A stretch of DNA of 64,000 nucleotides from an uncultured delta proteobacterium (GCA_963706575.1 CAVPNL010000011.1:23560-87559), one strand, 5' to 3'. Shown: positions 29,399-39,449, counted from the stretch's first letter. Notes: generated by a model not told the origin, from the sequence alone. A program made the numbers and translations.

Positions 29399-31249
29399 TC
29401 AGTTATTTATTGCTTTTAAGCTCTTTTCCAGATTAAGGCGGGCGACTTTGTGATCGGGATTGATTTTCAATGCGGCGGAAAATTGCTCGATCGCCTCCTC
29501 ATATCTCCCCTGATTTGCCAAAATATTGCCTAGATTAATATAGGCTTGCGTATAATCGGGATTAAGCAGCACGGCCATTGAAAAATGATCAATGGCCTCC
29601 TCGACCCGGTTCTGATGCTGCAGGGCCACCCCTAAATTACTATGGGCTTGAGCGTAATATGGATTAAGCGTTAGTGCTTCAGATAAGCGTGGAATCGCTT
29701 CTGCATAACGTTTCTCAACAATCAGTGATACTCCTAAATTATTGAGTGTTTTGGCATCTTTTGGATTGATTTCCAGTGCCTTCAAAAACTGGGTGATGCT
29801 CGCCTTTATTTTTCCCTGTTCGGCCAGGCTCAATCCGATATTGGCGACCGGGTCCTGATAGAGCGGATCAATTTCCAGCGCTTTTTGATACTGCCTTATG
29901 GCTTCTTCGTGATAGCCTTGATCGGCCAGAGCCACCCCCAAATTATTATGGGGCCGGGCTTTGCGAGGTGATTTGTTGACACAATCCTGCCAGAAGGTGA
30001 TGTGATCGCTGTAAACCGCATTTCTTTCATACGTCCAAACAGCGCCAACCGTAACCATGGTGCACAACAGAGCAGTCTGCAACCATGTAGGCTTCACCCA
30101 GCGGCAAGCAACCAGAGCGACAATCAGGCTAAACGCCATGGACGGCAGGTATGTCCGATGCTCGAAAATGATCTCGAGTGCGATAATGGAAGATTCGATC
30201 ACCAGGTTACCGAAAAACCACAAAATACAGAATGAAAAAAGGCGCTGCTTTCTTGCCGTGGCGATAGCCAGGCCGATAAGTGACGCAATGGTAAATATGG
30301 CAAAAAATGTGGTCATCGGGTCCATTAGCGAATTGGAGAGCGGAAAATCGTGATCCAGATTCAGCCGTGAAGGATGCGGCCACAGCATCTGGCTGAGATA
30401 GAAAATGATGACCCGTGGCTCGGTCAGCATACGTTGGGTGAGTGTAAAATCGCGATTTTTATATCCCTCCATGACACGATCCAAAGGATTGTTGCCCAAA
30501 AGGGCCAGCCCAATGACGGCTGCCAGCAGGAGGCATCCGGTCAGCAGCGGTATATGATTCTTTAACCATTTCAAGTCCAGGTCTCGGAAAAAATACCATT
30601 CATAGACAAAAATAAAGACGGGCAGTGTGGCTGCAATCTGCTTTGATGCCAAAGCCAGGGCTCCGGCCAGGATGCAGCCTGAAAACAGCCACCATTTGTT
30701 TCTTTGCTGCCCGCTAAATCGAAAGCGGGCATAGAGCAGGATCGATAATATGTAGAACATGGCGCATAGGCTGGTCATGCGCTGAACGATATAACTGACC
30801 GATTGGGTGTGCAGGGGGTGAACCATCCAGACGGCCGCTGTAAAAAATGAGATCCACATATAGTTGCCATAACGGGATTTCAGAGCCGGGGTGCGAAAGG
30901 TTGATTTGACGAAGAAATAAAGCAAAAAGCCGGTGCTGATATGGATGAGAATATTGACGACGTGGAAGCCGACCACATTATAACCGTGGAGATAGTAATT
31001 TAGCGCGAAGCTGATGTGTGACAGCGGCCGCTGCTTTAAAGGATTGTTGAAGGCCGCTTCTGCCAAGTCATTCAGAGTGATTTTAGAAATTCGAATATGA
31101 GGATTGGTCTCGATATTGTTTCTGCTGTCAAAAACAAACGGGCTGCCTAACGAGTTGGCATAGATTAAAATGACGATAAGCGCCAAAGACAGCAGAAACA
31201 GGGTTTCGTATCGAGAGAGAAGTGCGGAGAGGCCTTTGTGAAATGTCAT
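29399..31249 (-). CDS. TMTC-like membrane protein (GT-C-type multi-TM domain plus C-terminal TPRs)
   Basis: Many TM helices, FVFD, RPL, GFHVVN...H, VHPLHTQSV.YI.QR, EHRTYLPS, then about five TPRs. Confidence 0.85.
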   Translation of the reverse strand: MTFHKGLSALLSRYETLFLLSLALIVILIYANSLGSPFVFDSRNNIETNPHIRISKITLNDLAEAAFNNPLKQRPLSHISFALNYYLHGYNVVGFHVVNILIHISTGFLLYFFVKSTFRTPALKSRYGNYMWISFFTAAVWMVHPLHTQSVSYIVQRMTSLCAMFYILSILLYARFRFSGQQRNKWWLFSGCILAGALALASKQIAATLPVFIFVYEWYFFRDLDLKWLKNHIPLLTGCLLLAAVIGLALLGNNPLDRVMEGYKNRDFTLTQRMLTEPRVIIFYLSQMLWPHPSRLNLDHDFPLSNSLMDPMTTFFAIFTIASLIGLAIATARKQRLFSFCILWFFGNLVIESSIIALEIIFEHRTYLPSMAFSLIVALVACRWVKPTWLQTALLCTMVTVGAVWTYERNAVYSDHITFWQDCVNKSPRKARPHNNLGVALADQGYHEEAIRQYQKALEIDPLYQDPVANIGLSLAEQGKIKASITQFLKALEINPKDAKTLNNLGVSLIVEKRYAEAIPRLSEALTLNPYYAQAHSNLGVALQHQNRVEEAIDHFSMAVLLNPDYTQAYINLGNILANQGRYEEAIEQFSAALKINPDHKVARLNLEKSLKAINN

Positions 31250-31267
31250 CAGTTGAGTGGTTCCGTA

Positions 31268-32683
31268 TTATCTCAGGCCGATTCTGGGATCGAATCCATC
31301 TTTTTTAAGCTGCTCGGCAAGGTTTGCCGCAGCTGCCCGGCTTTCATAGGCGCCGATTAAGACCCGAATCTGATTCTGACCGGATATCGCCGGAAGGCTG
31401 TAGGCCAGATATCCTTTAGTTTTCAGTTTGGACTTAAGTTTTTGAGACTCGCTTTTAGAAACCGGAAGGCCGACCTGAACCGTGTATGGTTTTTTGGCGA
31501 TATGCACATAGCGAAATTTTCTATTTTTCAGCCCGGCTGCAGCAATCTTTGCCTCTGTCAGAGTGGTATAGTTTCCAATATAAACCCGATACCATTTTCC
31601 CTTTTCGGAAAGATCGACCGGACTGGTAAAGGCCGGGTCGCCCCCGGTGATTAATTTTCCGGCCACTTGGTTTGATATTTGCGGATCCCGATACGCGCTG
31701 ACTTGAATGGTATAGGGTAACGGCTTTATCTGCGGCGTTAATGGTTTTTTCTTTTGCGGTGCAGTCGCTGATTTTTGGTTTTTGGATACGGTCGCGGTCT
31801 TTTGAGCCGTCACGGCCGGTGCCGGCTTGCTCACAGCTGCTGCCGGTTTTTTCGTTTGCGGTGCGGCAGCGGGCTTTTGGGTTTTAGGCTTGGATGCGGC
31901 TGCGACCTTCTGTGCTGGGGCAGGCGCTGATGGCTTTTTTGAAGTTTCCTTTTTAAGTGAAACCTTTGCGTCTTTGCCTTTCGTGTCTTCGGCTTGAGGC
32001 CTGGATGCATAATTGATCTGCAAAGATCGTCTGGATTTGTAAGCATTTAAGTGGGGCAGGTATTTGGGAACCTCTGAATTTCTATCCGCCACCAGAAGCT
32101 TTTGAATGGCCTGTTTTTGGGTGTCGACGGCAGCATCAAAGTTGCCCGCCGCTGCATATGCTGCTGCCAGGGTATCTAAAGAGACGACATCCGGTTTGAG
32201 TTTCACCGCCTTTTGCGCCAACCGGACGGCCTGACCACCGTCGCGGAACCGCTGGTCGGCACAGGTGGCCAATACCCAGGCCTTATTATTGTATGCGTCA
32301 ACAAAAAACGGATTAATTTTCAGCGCGCGGGCGTAGTCATTCAGGGCATTACTCAAATCGCCGTGTTGGGTTCTGGCGAAGCCGCGATTATTATAAGCTT
32401 CTGCATAGCGGGGACGGATTTCAAGGGCTTTGTTATAGTCTGCAAGAGCCTTGTCGTAGTTTCCCTTCAGAGCCCAGGCAACACCCCTGTAATTATAGGC
32501 CTGGTAGTCCTGCGGTATGATTTCGATGGCAGTCGAAAATGCTTGAATGGCCTCATCATAACGCTGTTGGCCGATAAGCTTTAAACCTTTATCAAAGGCA
32601 TCCTCTTCTTTAGCCCATACATTCGGGCTCATCAAAAATACCGCTATCCATATGATTGATAGAATCGTTTTTCTTGATCTCAC
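31268..32683 (-). CDS. Exported TPR protein with Pro/Ala/Lys linker and two SPOR-like domains
   Basis: Signal peptide, TPRs, NNKAWVLAT, YTIQV.A...WYRVYIG and YTVQVG...RVLIGAY. Confidence 0.85.
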   Translation of the reverse strand: MRSRKTILSIIWIAVFLMSPNVWAKEEDAFDKGLKLIGQQRYDEAIQAFSTAIEIIPQDYQAYNYRGVAWALKGNYDKALADYNKALEIRPRYAEAYNNRGFARTQHGDLSNALNDYARALKINPFFVDAYNNKAWVLATCADQRFRDGGQAVRLAQKAVKLKPDVVSLDTLAAAYAAAGNFDAAVDTQKQAIQKLLVADRNSEVPKYLPHLNAYKSRRSLQINYASRPQAEDTKGKDAKVSLKKETSKKPSAPAPAQKVAAASKPKTQKPAAAPQTKKPAAAVSKPAPAVTAQKTATVSKNQKSATAPQKKKPLTPQIKPLPYTIQVSAYRDPQISNQVAGKLITGGDPAFTSPVDLSEKGKWYRVYIGNYTTLTEAKIAAAGLKNRKFRYVHIAKKPYTVQVGLPVSKSESQKLKSKLKTKGYLAYSLPAISGQNQIRVLIGAYESRAAAANLAEQLKKDGFDPRIGLR

Positions 32684-32802
32684 ACTTAATCTCCAAAGCT
32701 CCGATCGGAAATTTTGTTTCTCGTGTAATCGTGGCGGACGGATTTTTGGGGTTACGGTTTGTCCCGATTAGAAGTATAGGGGTGACGATTTCCCTTAACG
32801 TG

Positions 32803-32948
32803 TAGAAATGGTTTCAAAACCCCATCTAAGGCTCAATGGCTGCGTTGCAGGCCTCCGATAAATGCTCACATACATTTGTATGCTGCGCGTTATCGATCGG
32901 CCTGCGCCTTGCCCTTGAACCTGATCTGAGGCTTTGAAATCATTTCTA
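32803..32948. mobile_element. MITE-like element, 146 bp
   Basis: Terminal inverted repeats TAGAAATGGTTTCAAA / TTTGAAATCATTTCTA (15 of 16 match) and internal dyad symmetry; non-coding. Confidence 0.7.
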
Positions 32949-33102
32949 ATATAGAATACCGAAAATTCAGCCAAATTGCAATTCATATTGAATCGATTTA
33001 ATTTAGGTCTCTTGCTGTATCCTCGTAGATCGGGAATCTCCAGTAATCTAAGCTCGTGAATCCCCGGTTTGCGGAGGATTTGTCATAGCGGTTGTATTTT
33101 AT

Positions 33103-33130
33103 TTGACAGATACTAGCATATTGTTATAAA
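33103..33130 (+). promoter_or_regulatory. Sigma70-type promoter upstream of the histidine kinase
   Basis: TTGACA-16 bp-TATAAA with TG extension. Confidence 0.55.
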
Positions 33131-33149
33131 ATTAAAGGGTTACAAGATT

Positions 33150-33400
33150 TAAAGGTTCAGGGTTCAGAGGTTCAGAAAAAGGCCTAAAGGCCAGTTCGAT
33201 TGGTTTGATTAGTTCAATTAGTTTGACAGGTTATTTCGGAAATGCCGACGATAAAATGATTTGAAAATCTTGAATGCGTGTAGGCGTAAAATCACCAACA
33301 AATGACCAACCAATTATAACCATTAACCCGAATCCAAAACAGTTTCCTCAAACAAACCAATTGACAACGGATGGCGTTGCCTGACTTTTAACCTCCTGAT
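33150..33400. repeat. Family A element, long copy with decayed ORF start
   Basis: Aligns with 19950-20130; remnant MPTIK*FENLECV*A at 33242-33286. Confidence 0.75.
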
Positions 33401-33421
33401 TCCTAAGAGAATAGACTCTCC

Positions 33422-35215
33422 ATGAAATTTAATATAAAAAAACCGACCGCCTTTTTTGATTCGATTGTGGTTACCGGAATCGCAATGGCCGCCTTTTATT
33501 GGATTTGCGAATCCTTTATGTATTTCTTTATGAAACCTGAGGCAAATTTTATTCAACATTTGCTGGGGCCGAACCAGTTCGAAATTTTTACCCGCCTGCT
33601 GGTGTTATGCCTTTTTGCCATTTTTACATCGCACTACAATTATATGTTCAACAAAAGTCGCCTGGCAGATAGTGCGCTGCAGGCAAGCGAAGAGAAATAC
33701 CGTACCATTGTTGAAGGCCTCGAAGAGGGCTATTTTGAAATTGATCTTGACCGAAACCTGACCTTTTTCAATGATCCCCTCTGTAAAATACTGGGATATT
33801 CGCCCAGCGACCTGTCAGGCAAAAATACCAGCATCTTTACGTCCCCGGCCACGATCCGCAAAATGGATCAAATTTATGCCCGGCTTAAAAAAACTGGGGA
33901 ACCTATTCGGGTAACCGACTATGATGCCATCGGTAAAGCAGGCGACAGCATCGCTCTGGAACTGACGGCATCCCTGTTGCGAAATTCGAGCGGCTCACCC
34001 ATCGGGTTCCGGGGTGTTTTGCGGGATGTATCCGAAAGAAAAGAGGCCGAAGCGCAGAATCGAAAGCTGGAAGTTCAGGTTCGGCAGGCCCAGAAAATGG
34101 AATCCATCGGCACCCTGGCCGGGGGTATTGCTCATGATTTCAACAATATTCTCATGGGTATACAGGGGAATGCCTCACTGATGGCATTAAAAACCGATCC
34201 GGTGCATCCCAATTATGAAAAGATAAAAAATATTGAAACCTATGTCCAAAACGGCACGGAGTTGACCCGGCAGCTGCTGGGTTTTGCCCGCAGGGGTAAG
34301 TATCACGCCATTGCCACGGACATAAATGACGTTATCGACAAATCCGCCACCATGTTCGGGCGCACCAAAAAGGAAATCCGGATTCAGATGGGTCTGGTAC
34401 CGGATATATGGACCGTGGAAGTTGATCGCGGGCAGATCGAACAGGCACTTTTAAACCTTTACGTAAACGCATGGCAGGCCATGCCGCGGGGTGGCGATCT
34501 GTATCTTAAAACTGAAAATGTCATCCTGGATGCGGAGTTTGTAAACGCCAAACCTTATAAAGTCGAAGCCGGGGATTACATCAAGATCACCGTGACCGAT
34601 ACGGGAATCGGCATCGACAAAGAAACCCGCGAGCGGATTTTCGAACCCTTTTTCACGACCAAAGAAATGGGACGGGGCACCGGGCTGGGGTTGGCTTCGG
34701 TATACGGTGTTATTAAAAACCATGAAGGCTATATAAATGTTTATAGTGAAATCGATCAGGGAACCACGTTTAGCATTTATTTGCCGGCATCCCGCAAAAA
34801 GATTCAAAAACAAATGGAAAAGACCGTTGCGAGCGTGGCGATGGGTACCGGTACCATTTTACTGATCGATGATGAGGAAATGATCATTAAAGTGGGAAAA
34901 GAGCTTTTGCAGGAGCTGGGCTATAAGGTCATGTCGGCCGGAAGCGGGCAGGAGGCCATCGAATTATATAAAAAGAATGCCGATAAAATCGATCTGGTCA
35001 TTATGGACATGATTATGCCCGGAATGAGCGGTGGCGAAACTTTTGATCGCCTCAAAGAGATTAACCGCGATATTAAGGTGCTGCTTTCAAGCGGATACAG
35101 TATCAATGGACAGGCCTCCAAAATTTTAGAGCGCGGCTGTGATGGATTTATTCAAAAACCGTTCAACCTGATCCAGCTGTCAGATAAAATTCAGCAGATT
35201 ATCATCAAGAGATAG
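33422..35215 (+). CDS. Hybrid sensor histidine kinase (2 TM, PAS, HisKA, HATPase, REC)
   Basis: LAGGIAHDFNN, NL.VNA..AM, DTGIG, FEPFFTTK..GRGTGLGL, ILLIDDE...DMIMP...KP. Confidence 0.95.
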   Translation: MKFNIKKPTAFFDSIVVTGIAMAAFYWICESFMYFFMKPEANFIQHLLGPNQFEIFTRLLVLCLFAIFTSHYNYMFNKSRLADSALQASEEKYRTIVEGLEEGYFEIDLDRNLTFFNDPLCKILGYSPSDLSGKNTSIFTSPATIRKMDQIYARLKKTGEPIRVTDYDAIGKAGDSIALELTASLLRNSSGSPIGFRGVLRDVSERKEAEAQNRKLEVQVRQAQKMESIGTLAGGIAHDFNNILMGIQGNASLMALKTDPVHPNYEKIKNIETYVQNGTELTRQLLGFARRGKYHAIATDINDVIDKSATMFGRTKKEIRIQMGLVPDIWTVEVDRGQIEQALLNLYVNAWQAMPRGGDLYLKTENVILDAEFVNAKPYKVEAGDYIKITVTDTGIGIDKETRERIFEPFFTTKEMGRGTGLGLASVYGVIKNHEGYINVYSEIDQGTTFSIYLPASRKKIQKQMEKTVASVAMGTGTILLIDDEEMIIKVGKELLQELGYKVMSAGSGQEAIELYKKNADKIDLVIMDMIMPGMSGGETFDRLKEINRDIKVLLSSGYSINGQASKILERGCDGFIQKPFNLIQLSDKIQQIIIKR

Positions 35216-35372
35216 GTTCAAGGGTTCAGCGTTTGTCTATTCGGTTTAAGGCGGGTAATTTTTTTGTTAAATTTGTTTTATTGGTTTCATTGGTTTAATT
35301 AGTTGAATTAGTGAATTATCCGAACCAATCGAACAAATCAGACCAATTGAACTAATAAAACCGGCCTTTAGG
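35214..35372. repeat. Family A element between convergent genes
   Basis: GGTTCA units directly after the stop, inverted ATTGGTT/AACCAAT arms. Confidence 0.75.
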
Positions 35373-35374
35373 CC

Positions 35375-37474
35375 TTACAGCTCAAAGACCACCGGTTCCC
35401 GTAATATCATCTCAATTGCCCGGTCGGCCGTTACGGCCGCATCGGGAAATACCTGCCGGAGCGCGCGGATATGCCGCAGATTGTCTGCGGTTCTCAGGAT
35501 CAGCATCACCAGGTCCCCTTCCTCCATCTCGGCCTGGATTTGTACCTTCTCCCACTGTTCTCCGTTGGCCCAGGCATAAATTGCCGCCACCGGTCTTAAG
35601 TGAAAAGGGCGTGCTTCAAATCCGCGATCCTGCATCTGCCAGGCAAAAGGCCTTAACCCTTTGACGACCCTGTAGAATGCGTCCAAAAGCGGTCGGGGGA
35701 GGCGCTTTTTGTGAATTTTGGTATCGGATTCGCGTTCATTGACAAAGGCCGCGATGATCGCTGCCAGAAGGCCCGGCTCGGATTTCGGCAGGATGCCCAG
35801 CTGAAAGCCCTCGGCAATTAAAAGCGGCTGGTCCACCCGCAATTGACTGGTCCATTTTCCCTTCTCGGTCAACTCTCCGCTGCCGGTGACGTAAGCGCTG
35901 TCCTTAAGAAAATCCAGATGCTGCAAAAAATCACCCCAAAGAATGCGGCGGCGGTCTTTGCGGGATTTTTTTTGGGGGGTCTTTCGGAGTAAATAGGATG
36001 CAAACGAGCGACCGAGCAAATCTTTAACCTGATCGGGGCTATGCGACAGCAGCAGATTCAGTACCATTGAAAAATTAATTTTGATTTGACTGGCAACGTC
36101 CGAAGCCCTTGTCTGAAACAATTTCGCCATCCAGCGAACATCCATGAATTTGTTGGGCAGCAGCAGGGCGAAACCGATATTATCCATGCCTCTGCGGCCG
36201 GCCCGGCCGGTCATCTGATGAAACTCGGTGGCATCCAGCGGCAGAAACTGGGTTCCGTTAAAACGGTCTGAATTTAAAAAGACCACCGTACGGGCCGGGA
36301 AATTCACACCGGCCGCAACCGTGGATGTGGCAAATACCGCATCCAGCAAACCCTCGCTCATCAAGCGCTCGAGCATCAGTTTCCAGGCCGGCAACTGGCC
36401 GGCATGGTGCGAACCCAGTGCCAGGTTCTCAAGAAACCAGCGTTGACGATGATGAATCACATGCGGACTTTGATGAGCTGACGTTTCAATCCGTTCTTTG
36501 AGAACGGCATTTCGGCCGGGGTCCGCTAACCATTTTCTGCGGCACTGCTCCAGGGCGCGGTCGCAATCCGCCCGGGATTTCAGGAAAAAAATGGCCGGAA
36601 GAAGGTCATATTTCTTCAATACTTTCAGAACATCGTCAAAAGGCAGCAGATAATCCGGCATCCGGCGGTATCGCGAGCCTTTGGTTTTTAAAAAATCGGC
36701 GACTTTTTTATAAATTTTTTCTTTGCCTGCGGTTTTTGCAGGCTCGGTTAACGGCAGCAGGGTACCGGAAGGATGTAAAAAAAGCGGGGCCAGCGGCACC
36801 GGTCTCTTGTACTCCCTGATAACCGTGCAGCGGGATGAGCGAATCGAAGAAAGCCAGCCGGCGATTTGGTCGGCATTGCCGATGGTTGCAGAGAGCAATA
36901 AAAGCGGGATGCGCTGTGGCAGATAAATCATGATTTCTTCCCAGACCACCCCGCGGTCCGGATCTCCCAAAAAATGCGCCTCGTCCAGAACCACAAAATC
37001 TGCCGCCAGTAATTCACCGCGGTGCATGGCATCATAGAGCTGGTTTCGCAAAATTTCAGTGGTTCCCACAATGATCGAAGCGTCCGTATTTTCTTTACGG
37101 TCCCCGGTTAATATACCAACATGCTGCCGGCCGAAGATGGCGGAAAATTCCGCATATTTGGCATTGCTCAGCGCTTTCAAAGGGCAGGCATACCAGGATC
37201 TTCCGCCGCCGGCATGAATGCGGGCGATGGCTTTTTCGGCGATCCAGGTTTTTCCGGAACCGGTCGGCGCGGTCACCAGACAATCGCTGCGCTCTAACGC
37301 GGAGATGGCATCGAGCTGGAAGGCATCCGGTGTGAAAGACGGGTTTTCGGGCACGCCGATTTCAGCAAAAATTTTTCGGAGTCCTGCATCGGCGCCCGGT
37401 TTCAGATGGGGGTGTTTGGGTTTCTTGCGGGGGTAACGCCGTGGCCGCAAGAAACGTTTGCTGCGTTTTGCCAT
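35375..37474 (-). CDS. Ski2/HelY-like DEAD/DEAH-box helicase
   Basis: APTGSGKT, PLKALSN, TTEILRN, DEAH, LSAT, HHAG, QMTGRAGRRG. Confidence 0.93.
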   Translation of the reverse strand: MAKRSKRFLRPRRYPRKKPKHPHLKPGADAGLRKIFAEIGVPENPSFTPDAFQLDAISALERSDCLVTAPTGSGKTWIAEKAIARIHAGGGRSWYACPLKALSNAKYAEFSAIFGRQHVGILTGDRKENTDASIIVGTTEILRNQLYDAMHRGELLAADFVVLDEAHFLGDPDRGVVWEEIMIYLPQRIPLLLLSATIGNADQIAGWLSSIRSSRCTVIREYKRPVPLAPLFLHPSGTLLPLTEPAKTAGKEKIYKKVADFLKTKGSRYRRMPDYLLPFDDVLKVLKKYDLLPAIFFLKSRADCDRALEQCRRKWLADPGRNAVLKERIETSAHQSPHVIHHRQRWFLENLALGSHHAGQLPAWKLMLERLMSEGLLDAVFATSTVAAGVNFPARTVVFLNSDRFNGTQFLPLDATEFHQMTGRAGRRGMDNIGFALLLPNKFMDVRWMAKLFQTRASDVASQIKINFSMVLNLLLSHSPDQVKDLLGRSFASYLLRKTPQKKSRKDRRRILWGDFLQHLDFLKDSAYVTGSGELTEKGKWTSQLRVDQPLLIAEGFQLGILPKSEPGLLAAIIAAFVNERESDTKIHKKRLPRPLLDAFYRVVKGLRPFAWQMQDRGFEARPFHLRPVAAIYAWANGEQWEKVQIQAEMEEGDLVMLILRTADNLRHIRALRQVFPDAAVTADRAIEMILREPVVFEL

Positions 37475-38230
37475 CAGAGCTTTGAGATCATCGCCTTTAC
37501 GCGGTCTTTTGACGGCGAATCAACGTCAAACGGCGAGGCCCCGTTGAGATCCGCTTCGATCAATGCTTCATCATAGGGGAGAAAACCGAGGAATTCAAAA
37601 TCGTCCAGGTGGGTTTGCAGAAATTTTTCGTCTTTTGCCCCGCGGACCTTGTTGCCGACAACGGCAATGTGGTTCAGTCCGATTTCTCCGGCCAGCTTGC
37701 GGATATGTTCGGCGGTATCGATGCTGCGCCTTCCCGGCTCCACCACCACGATCAGTTTGTCAACAGCCTTTGCCGTTGCCCGGCCCAGGTGCTCGATGCC
37801 GGCCTCCATATCCATGACCACCACTTCATCGCGAGCCAGCACGATGTGCATGACCAGGGCCCTGAGCAAGGCACTTTCGGGGCAGATACAGCCGGATCCG
37901 CCTTTTTTGATACCGCCCAGGCGCATGAGTTTGATACCCTCAAAACCGACCGATACCGCATCCGGCAGGTCATCCACTTTGGGATTGAGCTTGAAATAGC
38001 CGCCGATGCTGCCGGGTTTCGCACCGGTTCTTTCAAATATGAGTTCTTCCATTTCAGCGATGGGCACGATTTTATCGGAATCGGCAATTCCTAAAGCGGC
38101 AGCCAGATTGGCGTCCGGATCCGCATCGATGGCCAATACGCGTTTACCCTCAGCATTGAGGGTGCGAATCATTAAAGACGGCAAATGTCGTCTTTCCAAC
38201 GCCGCCTTTACCGCTGACTGCCAGTTTCAT
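37474..38230 (-). pseudogene. cooC: CooC-type nickel-insertion ATPase with a frameshift near 38179-38182
   Basis: MKLAVSGKGGVGKTTFA in one frame, SLMIR...IDADPDANL, GSGCICPE, DMEAGIEHLGRAT in the next; one extra base. May be an assembly error. Confidence 0.8.
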
Positions 38231-38267
38231 AATTTTATCCTCGATTTTTATAAAGTTGAGTTCATCA

Positions 38268-38358
38268 AGTGTTTAGTATTTGGCGTTTAGTGTTTGGTGG
38301 CATAAACGACAAAACGTCATCGGTCAAACAAAACACTAAACACAAAACACCAAACATC
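38268..38358. repeat. Family C inverted heptamer element
   Basis: GTGTTTAGTATTTGGCGTTTAGTGTTTGG ... AAACACTAAACACAAAACACCAAAC. Confidence 0.75.
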
Positions 38359-38420
38359 TAGTTACAGAATCTAACATAATTGCAATATAACACAGGAAAT
38401 CATTGCAGCAAGTACAAAAG

Positions 38421-38450
38421 AAACGAGCAGCGCATCTGCGCTGCTCGTTT
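38421..38450. terminator. Intrinsic terminator downstream of the pilin genes
   Basis: AAACGAGCAGCGCA-TC-TGCGCTGCTCGTTT with T tracts on both strands. Confidence 0.8.
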
Positions 38451-38495
38451 TGGATTTCGAACTGATTTTAGCGGCCTGTCAATTATGCGGCGGAC

Positions 38496-38879
38496 TTATC
38501 TTGACCATGATCCCGGTCGTTCCACCGTGGATTCGACCCTGGACAAAGATGCTGGGACGCTGTCTTTAAATGTCAAGGTACCTCCGGCCAGGCTCGGTTC
38601 ATCGGTACCCCACTGATAATCATTGCCTAAGAAGGGATCGATAAACCCGAATGTTTTCTCATCACTGACCCATCCGGAAACCGATATTTTTTCATTCGAC
38701 CAGGTCAGGGTTTCGCGGCCGTTGAGTTCGGCAATTCCGGCATCGATGGCTCTTTGCCGGGCGCTCTCATCCAGGCTCACATATTTGGGAACGGCAATCG
38801 CCGCCAGAATGCTTAAAATCACCATCACAGCGATGATTTCAAGCAAGGTAAACCCCATATCTCCGCGGTAATTATTCAT
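38496..38879 (-). CDS. Type IV pilin-like protein (second pilin)
   Basis: G|FTLLEIIAVMVILSILAAIAVPKY prepilin cleavage/methylation motif; start placed at MNNYRG. Confidence 0.88.
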   Translation of the reverse strand: MNNYRGDMGFTLLEIIAVMVILSILAAIAVPKYVSLDESARQRAIDAGIAELNGRETLTWSNEKISVSGWVSDEKTFGFIDPFLGNDYQWGTDEPSLAGGTLTFKDSVPASLSRVESTVERPGSWSR

Positions 38880-38914
38880 TCTCGGAAATAATTTTCGAAA
38901 ACTAGCTGATAAAT

Positions 38915-39316
38915 TTATTGACGTTTCCACACTGCCGGTTGACCTGTAGTGGATACGTCGCGCACCAGAGTTACCTGTGTTCCCTTAAATAGAATAGTAG
39001 CTGGGCTGGCGGTCGGTACTGAAACCCAGCTGTAGTCGCCGCCAAGATCGTAGTTCACACAGCCAGCACCCGCGCAATTAAGGTTACCGTCTCCATCATA
39101 ACCGGCTGTGGAAATTTTGTGATCCGCCCAGGTCAAGCTTTCGCGGCCGTTGAGCTCCGATATGGCGGCGTCGATGGCGCGTTCCTTGGCATTGGATTCC
39201 AGGTCGATATAGCGGGGAACAGCCACCGCGGCCAGAATTCCTAGAATAATCAGAACCGCAATAATTTCGACCAGGGTGAAGCCCTCCTGGTTTCTCAAGA
39301 TTTTTTGCTTTTTCAT
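38915..39316 (-). CDS. pilA: Type IV pilin, probable major subunit
   Basis: Basic leader and G|FTLVEIIAVLIILGILAAVAVPRY; purine-rich RBS; own sigma54 promoter. Confidence 0.85.
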   Translation of the reverse strand: MKKQKILRNQEGFTLVEIIAVLIILGILAAVAVPRYIDLESNAKERAIDAAISELNGRESLTWADHKISTAGYDGDGNLNCAGAGCVNYDLGGDYSWVSVPTASPATILFKGTQVTLVRDVSTTGQPAVWKRQ

Positions 39317-39433
39317 AATCAATTTTCCTTCCTTCCCTTTATTCTTATTTTCTGAATTCAGTAAAAGAGGATTTTACTCGCAGCACCGGCTGCAAAATCT
39401 CCCTTTTTGAAATGCTGTTTGGACTCAAATTAA

Positions 39434-39449
39434 TGCACAAATAATGCCA
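39434..39449 (-). promoter_or_regulatory. Sigma54 (-24/-12) promoter of the pilin genes
   Basis: Minus strand TGGCATTATTTGTGCA = GG-N10-GC, ~120 bp upstream of the pilin start. Confidence 0.7.
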
